Shown: positions 57,585 through 64,000 of the stretch, piece after piece
How positions within the stretch are numbered: position 1 is the first letter of the stretch
Layout: each line of letters opens with the position of its first letter
From: Eledone cirrhosa
Lineage: Eukaryota
Direction: 5' to 3'
Length of the DNA stretch: 64,000 bases
Assembly: GCA_964016885.1 (NCBI GenBank)
Contig: OZ024756.1
Span: forward strand, 24,924,001 to 24,988,000
Program-made: the position numbers and the translations under genes
Notes under the pieces: generated by a model
Databases searched by the model: none
Seen by the model: the letters and a program-made list of their open reading frames with translations, nothing else
Told to the model about the DNA's origin: nothing

Positions 57585-57736
57585 ATAATAATAAAATTGA
57601 AGACTAAAATCCGAAGAGGGCTCGATAAGGAAAATATATATCAAATATATAAGAACCGTAGAGCAAATATTTATTAAAATAACAGATTAAAGTTTAAGCA
57701 GCGATTCTTTGCTTAAACTTTAATCTGTTATTTTAA

Positions 57737-57737
<1 letters not shown>
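57582..57737 (-). mobile_element. Family D copy with a 28-bp fold-back
   Basis: Arms 57673-57700 and 57710-57737, loop GCGATTCTT; (TA)n on both sides. Confidence 0.82.
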
Positions 57738-57802
<65 letters not shown>

Positions 57803-57818
57803 TATATATATATATATG

Positions 57819-57860
<42 letters not shown>

Positions 57861-57863
<3 letters not shown>

Positions 57864-57913
57864 AAATGGACATGTTTCAATCTTATTAGACACTCGTCAG
57901 TAAAGCATTTTGA
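57861..57913 (-). ncRNA. Candidate type I minimal hammerhead ribozyme with GUC cleavage triplet
   Basis: Minus strand TCAAAATG-cttta-CTGACGA-GTGTCT aata AGATT-GAAA-CATG-TC-CATTTTGA, directly followed by (TA)n. Confidence 0.6.
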
Positions 57914-58002
57914 ATTTGTGAGTTGGAATGACGTAAATGGTCAGATAAATATATAGGAATAGGAAAAGGAATAATGTCATGTCGATATCAATAATGAGCA
58001 AA

Positions 58003-58676
58003 GGCCACTTTTCAGTGTGGACTGGGTGCTTTTTTGCCGTGGCACCTACACGACCACTTTGCAGTGGAATGATAGGGACCCCAGCCCTATCATCTCATTT
58101 CTACAGCTGAGTAAACTGAAGCAATGTGAAATAAAGTGTCTTGCTCAAGTAAACAACACAACTCTCAGACTGGGTGGTGTGTTGTTTACTTGAGCAAGAC
58201 ACTTTATTTCACATTGCTTCAGTTTACTCAGCTGTAGAAATGAGATGATAGGACTGGGGTCCCTATCATTCCACTGTAAAGTGGACGTGGAGGTGCCATA
58301 GAAAAAAAGCACCCACCACTCACTGTAAATGAGGTTTGTGTTAGGAAGGGCATCCAGCTGTAGAAATCAAGCCAGAATCAGTTCCTGTCTCACTCTTGCA
58401 AACAGGGAAAATGAGATGATAGGACTGGGGGTGTCTATCATTCCACTGCAAAGTGGTCGTGGAGGTGTCATGGCAAAAAAGCACCTAGTCCACACTGTAT
58501 ATGAAGTTGGTGTTAGGAAGGGCATCCAGCTGTAGAAATCAAGCCAGAATCAGTTTCCGTATGAGCAAGACAAGGTCAGCCGACCGGACACTGCCCACAA
58601 CAGGACAACCCGTCTAACCCATGCTAGCGTGGAAGAACGGACGTAAAACGGTGATGATGATGATGATGATGATGAT
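58003..58676. mobile_element. Composite SINE B: head-to-head inverted pair plus a tandem third segment
   Basis: 58015-58160 is inverted against 58179-58315; a second body and alternative tail follow at 58408-58676. Confidence 0.88.
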
Positions 58677-59137
58677 TTATAATACACACACAAATGTTCT
58701 CTCATGCAGCATACGCACAAATGTTTACACACACACACAGCACACACATAGATGCATATCCCGACACAGACAAAACACAGAAAAATGCATGACCCCCCCT
58801 CCCCCATACACACATACACATGCAATATGAAATTATTTATGAATCATCTCAGGCATTTGAAATGTTTTTTAGCACATGCATGTGTGTGTGTGCATACATA
58901 TATATGGATATATGTATGTATATGTATATAAATATATGTATGTGTGTGTATATATATATATATATATACACATACATATATATATATATATATACATATA
59001 TATAATTTTATATATATATATATAGAGAAAGAGAGAGAGAGAAATAGTTCCACAACAGTTAGTTCACCATTTTCGAGAACAATCCCAAGGACTGAGTGCT
59101 CTACTATTATGGATATAACCCAGCAGTGTTCTACTAT

Positions 59138-59169
<32 letters not shown>

Positions 59170-59215
59170 TATATAACCTATGTGCAACCATGCAGTATTC
59201 TTCTTTCTTCTCATG

Positions 59216-59247
<32 letters not shown>

Positions 59248-59820
59248 GGATGTGTGTGTGTGCATGTGTGTGTATGTATGTATGTATGTATGTGTATGTA
59301 TTAAAAGAATAACCAAAGAATTTGTGGGGATCAAATATATGTATCAATACAGAGAGAGAAGAGTGAGAGATGGGGAAGGTAGGGTAAGTGTGAGAGATGG
59401 GGGGGGGGGCAATCATGGTAGGATGACTAAAACCCTTAAAATTGGAAAAAAAATGTTTCAACCATTTCTCTAACGTCTTTCTCCTCCCCTCCCCCCTTTT
59501 TTCTCATTCTCCCTCTCCTCGTCTTTCTCTGCCTCCTCCTCCTCCTGTTCCTGTCAACTCAGTTCCTTATTTCAATCCCTTCCCCCACTTCCTCTTCTCT
59601 CTCTATTGTTTCTTCTTCCTCCCCCCCCCCGCCCATCTATATCTTTATCTCACTTTCTTCTCTCCACACTCATACATGCATGCTTGCACATACACATACG
59701 CATACACATACATATACACATACACATACACATACACACTCTATCTCTCCTATTTTCTCATTTTCTTCTCTCTCTCTCTCTCTCTCCCTTCCTACACATA
59801 CCCTCTCTTTTCTCATTTTC

Positions 59821-59858
<38 letters not shown>

Positions 59859-59906
59859 TTCTCTCTCTCTCCCTTCCTACACATACCCTCTCTTTTCTCA
59901 TTTTCT

Positions 59907-59957
<51 letters not shown>

Positions 59958-60195
59958 TCCTACACATACCCTCTCTTTTTCCCATTTTCTTCTCTTTCTC
60001 TCTCCCTCCCTCTACACATACACACACACATACACATACACACACAAACATATATCCATATATTAGCCGAGTTAACCTTTCTACTTTCCTCGGCATGGGA
60101 ACTGTACAACACCACTTTGGTTTATTAATCAAATATAATGTATGGAGAGAGGGGGGAGGGGAGGTTCATTTATTAATCAGATGCAATGCACACGC

Positions 60196-60199
<4 letters not shown>

Positions 60200-60293
<94 letters not shown>

Positions 60294-60356
60294 GGAGAAA
60301 GTGAGAGAGTAGGGACATATATAGAGAGAATAAGAGAAAGCAAAGGACATAGAGAA

Positions 60357-60440
<84 letters not shown>
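60200..60440. repeat. (GA)n tracts, with CT-rich ~70-bp repeats upstream at 59740-60000
   Basis: Direct reading. Confidence 0.9.
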
Positions 60441-60444
<4 letters not shown>

Positions 60445-60621
60445 GATTTGAATAACTACAACATTAAATTGGTTAAAAGACTAAAAGATTTGTTGATCTG
60501 ATGTAAAAGTGAAATGATACATCCTAATCATAGACATACACACATATATTCATAACAAACTAAACATTTCTATTTCTACCTTTCTGTTTTTCTCTTTATC
60601 TATTGCATTGTACACATGCTT

Positions 60622-60662
<41 letters not shown>

Positions 60663-60664
<2 letters not shown>

Positions 60665-61108
60665 CGATATTAAACAAATGGAAACTATATTTATAAAACC
60701 ATATTTATTTCGTTATATATATTTCTGGGATATCATATTAAAAATATGGTATGCCTTCCTCAGACAAAATACAATATATAAGCTGTTTTATAAATAAATT
60801 TGACATACCTTAGAATAATGCAACTTCCATTTAAAAAGTTGATTTGGAAGTTAAATGGAAGTTGCATTATTCTAAGGTATGTCAAATTTATTTATAAAAC
60901 AGCTTATATATTGTATTTTGTCTGAGGAAGGCATACCATATTTTTAATATGATATCCCAGAAATATATATAACGAAATAAATATGGTTTTATAAATATAG
61001 TTTCCATTTGTTTAATATCGTAAACCTACTCCAAAAACTGTTGAGTGCTTTTATATCAGTTATAAAATATTTACTCGTTGTAACCCAACAATTTTAAATA
61101 AAACTTTT
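60663..61108 (+). mobile_element. Family H element: perfect 172-bp palindrome plus 3' tail, with a hammerhead fold in each arm
   Basis: Arms 60663-60834 and 60851-61022; folds at 60914-60979 (+) and 60706-60771 (-): TATTTTGT-CTGAGGA-stem II-GAAA-TATATA-TA-ACGAAATA; homologous to 31590-31770. Confidence 0.85.
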
Positions 61109-61134
61109 GCATATATATATATATATATATATAC

Positions 61135-61425
61135 ATGCAACTGTGTCTGAGAGGAATAAATTGTTGTGTAGACTGCGATGGTATGTACATGTGATGCGCA
61201 TGGAGGGTGACCGATGGGTGAAGAAGTGCCAAGAAATGCCACTTGAAAGAAGACTTAGTAGAGGAAGACCACGAAAAACATGGGTGGAGGTGGTGAGAGC
61301 AGACCTCAGAAGCTCAGGGAGGAGATGACAAAGGACCGTGACAAGTGGAGAGACGCTGTGTTGAATAGGACCCATCCCACCCTTGCAAGCAGGGAAAAGC
61401 GGATTTAAAATGATGATGATGATGA
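61135..61425 (+). mobile_element. RTE-clade LINE 3' end
   Basis: RLRWYVHVMRM..WVKKC..RGRPRKTW then CCCACCCTTGCAAGCAGGGAAAAGCGG..(GAT)n. Confidence 0.9.
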
Positions 61426-61438
61426 TTATCATCATCAT

Positions 61439-61481
<43 letters not shown>

Positions 61482-61484
<3 letters not shown>

Positions 61485-61745
61485 TGGCTTAGTGGTAAGG
61501 GTGTTGGACTTACAATCATAATGTTGTGTGTTCGATTCCTAGGTTGCGTGTTGTGTTTTTGAGCAAAATACTTCATTTCACATTGCCCCAGTATACTCAG
61601 CTGAAAATGAATACCAGCAATAGCTGAGGATTTAACCCTGCGATGGACTGGCGTCTTGTCCAGGGGTGGAGTCTTGTACTCTCAATCGCTTCACGGCATG
61701 AAACCAGGATAAGTACCGGCCAAATGAGCCTTCTGGCTTAAGACA
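61482..61745 (+). mobile_element. Third SINE type: tRNA head, CORE-like and V-like domains
   Basis: TGGCTTAGTGG, GTTCGATTCC, TTGAGCAAAATACTT..CTCAGCTG, CCTGCGATGGACTGGCGTCTTGTCCAGGGG. Confidence 0.75.
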
Positions 61746-62824
61746 GATTTTAGACTTAGATATATATATATATACATATATATATATAGTTGCTAATTAC
61801 TGTGTTGTTTATCTGTAAGAGTTGTATTGTGATGTAAGCAGCTAAAAGCACTCCACATCTGTTTTATCAATCCAGCATGAAGGTGGCGATCAAACATTAT
61901 GAAGTTACCATGTATGAAATAAACGTTAAGACAGAAGTTGCATATCATATTCATTATACACATTTCTGTGTATAATGAATATGATATGCTGTTATGCAAT
62001 TGTTAAAACAGCAACCGGCATGACATCATTAGATGTTAACAAAATTATGTGGGTGGATTGATATCTTGTGGGCTAATGCTACAATGTTTGCAAATGTCCG
62101 GCGAACATATAAATACACATATGTATATACATACAAGCATACATACATATATATATGTACGTATATATGCATGCATACACACACACACACACATATATAT
62201 GTATATGTGTGTGTGTGTACCCGAACAGTTACAGAACTGTCTTAAGTTGTTACAGTACCAACCAATACCTACTGAAAGGTCAATTATCCATATTTAATTA
62301 TCTATTCTACCATATCACCCACTATACCACCACCACATCACTCACCCAACCACCCACCATACCTCCCTTCTTTTGATTACTGAATGTTAAAGCTGGTGCA
62401 TTATTGCACCAGCTCCTACAATTCTTGCACTTTATTCAGCCATCTGTCTTCCATCACTTGTGAACACGGTTTTAGGAGATACTTTGCTGATCTCCTAAAC
62501 CCGATCACAACAGCTTCAAATACAATAACCATAATTCTAGCTAAAAATACACAATTGAGACAACAACAGCAATTATAATATCCGACTGGCTGATTTGGGA
62601 TCTTTTGAGAAAAGTAAAAAAATAGGTTCTTTTGTTGACAGACATAGAAAATTTGTACAGGCATGTCCAGGCTGTTCTTTGGTCCAGGCAGTGTAAGCGA
62701 ACATTAGTGGCGTCATGGTTTCATGTCAGCAATTAAACTGAGTTTTCTGACCACTCTGACCACAGAAATGGCAAACACATGCATACACGCACACCCACAC
62801 ATACACCCCACCCAATGAATGAAG

Positions 62825-62875
<51 letters not shown>

Positions 62876-62879
<4 letters not shown>

Positions 62880-63125
62880 GATGCGCATGGAGGATGAGCG
62901 ATGGGTGAAGAAGTGCCAGGAATTGCCAGTTGAAGGAGGACGTGGTAGAGGTAGACCACGAAAAACATGGGCAGAGGTGGTGATAACAGACCTCAGATCG
63001 TTGAAGCTCAAGGTGGAGATGACAAAGGACCATGACAAGTGAAGAGATGCTGTGCTGAATAAGACCCGTCCCACCCTTGCAAGCAGGGAAAAGCGGATGT
63101 AAAATGATGATGATGATGATGATGA
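62876..63125 (+). mobile_element. RTE-clade LINE 3' end
   Basis: MRMEDERWVKKCQELPVEGGRGRGRPRKTW and the same 3' tail as 61135-61425. Confidence 0.9.
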
Positions 63126-63213
63126 TATATATATAGGAAAAGTAAAAAACAATAGCAACAACAACAAGGAGTACAGTTACGAAAAGTGTTTGGTATTAGG
63201 TTCACACACACGT

Positions 63214-63542
63214 GAGACACATGGCTTAGTGGTTAGAGCATTGGCCTTGCAATCGAAAGGTTGTGAGTTCAATTCTCAGACCGGGTGATGTGTTGCTTCC
63301 TTGAGCAAGACACTTTATTTCACATTGCTCCAGTTTACTCAGCTGTAGAAATGAGATGATAGAGACTGGGGTCCCTATCATTGCACTGTAAAGTGGTCGT
63401 GGAGGTGCCACGGCAAAAAAGCACCCAGCACTCACTGTAAATGAGGTTGGTGTTAGGAAGGGCATCCAGCTGTAGAAATCAAGCCAGAATCAGTTCCCGT
63501 CCCACCCTTGCAAGCAAGGAAAAATGGACACAAAATGATGAT
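63214..63542 (+). mobile_element. Full-length SINE family B
   Basis: A box TGGCTTAGTGG, B box GTTCAATTC, CORE-like CCTTGAGCAAGACACTT..CTCAGCTGTAGAAATG, GGAAGGGCATCC block, RTE-shared tail. Confidence 0.92.
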
Positions 63543-63574
63543 ATATATATATATGATATATATATATATATATA

Positions 63575-63769
63575 TCAGTAAGGGTGTGCTAAAATACCAA
63601 GTGGACCATAACCCAGCAGAGTACTCAATACTTGGGGTAGTAGAGTGGGTAATATGAAAAGATTCAGGACCCCGACAGCTGTACTTACTCTGGCTGTTTC
63701 GACAGCTAGATCCTAACTCGGATCTAGCTGTCAAAACGGCCGGAGCTCAGCCATCGGGGTCCTGACTCT

Positions 63770-63776
<7 letters not shown>
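63575..63776 (-). mobile_element. Family E hairpin element, (TA)n-flanked
   Basis: Arms ATATGAAAAGA.TCAGGACCCC..GACAGCTAGATCC / GGATCTAGCTGTC..GGGGTCCTGA.TCTTTTCATAT; tail homologous to 8868-8944. Confidence 0.7.
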
Positions 63777-63810
<34 letters not shown>

Positions 63811-63855
63811 CATCATCATCATCATCATCGTTTAACGTCCATCTTCCACGCTTGC

Positions 63856-63886
<31 letters not shown>

Positions 63887-64000
63887 AAATCTTTTCCTGA
63901 GTCCTGTATTTTCGTTGCTATGGTAATGCGGCTTGACTGCCGATCACTATATTTGATTTGCTAAGCTGCCTAAACATATTGTTATTACTCTGGGGTACTA

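Noticed and set aside
63214-63290. tRNA genes (also 34962 and 61482)
   Set aside because: A and B boxes continue into SINE bodies; no complete cloverleaf was evident.

Overview
AT-rich, microsatellite-saturated animal genomic DNA. The repeat content (tRNA-headed SINEs, RTE and CR1 LINE fragments, Penelope-like pieces) suggests an octopod cephalopod; this is an inference. Nearly all long ORFs in the track are artefacts of (TA)n, (TACA)n or (GA)n repeats. The only credible host gene is a minus-strand, long-intron gene resembling NCKIPSD/SPIN90: an SH3 exon at 48481-48308, an 'HRVETL' exon at 10775-10639 and a candidate 15-nt microexon at 16505-16491; the connecting exon was not found. Positions 1-8722 are a giant interrupted (TA)n array containing a ~2.9 kb tandem duplication. 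The most notable signal is a set of short, mutually dissimilar, non-coding elements embedded in (TA)n tracts. They carry type I minimal hammerhead-ribozyme folds, some with canonical and some with variant cores and one family with compensatory changes. They form copy-specific fold-back palindromes and several share a 3'-tail motif. This is consistent with Penelope-like or retrozyme-type RNA-mobilised elements. Coordinates were read by eye; repeat boundaries are approximate.
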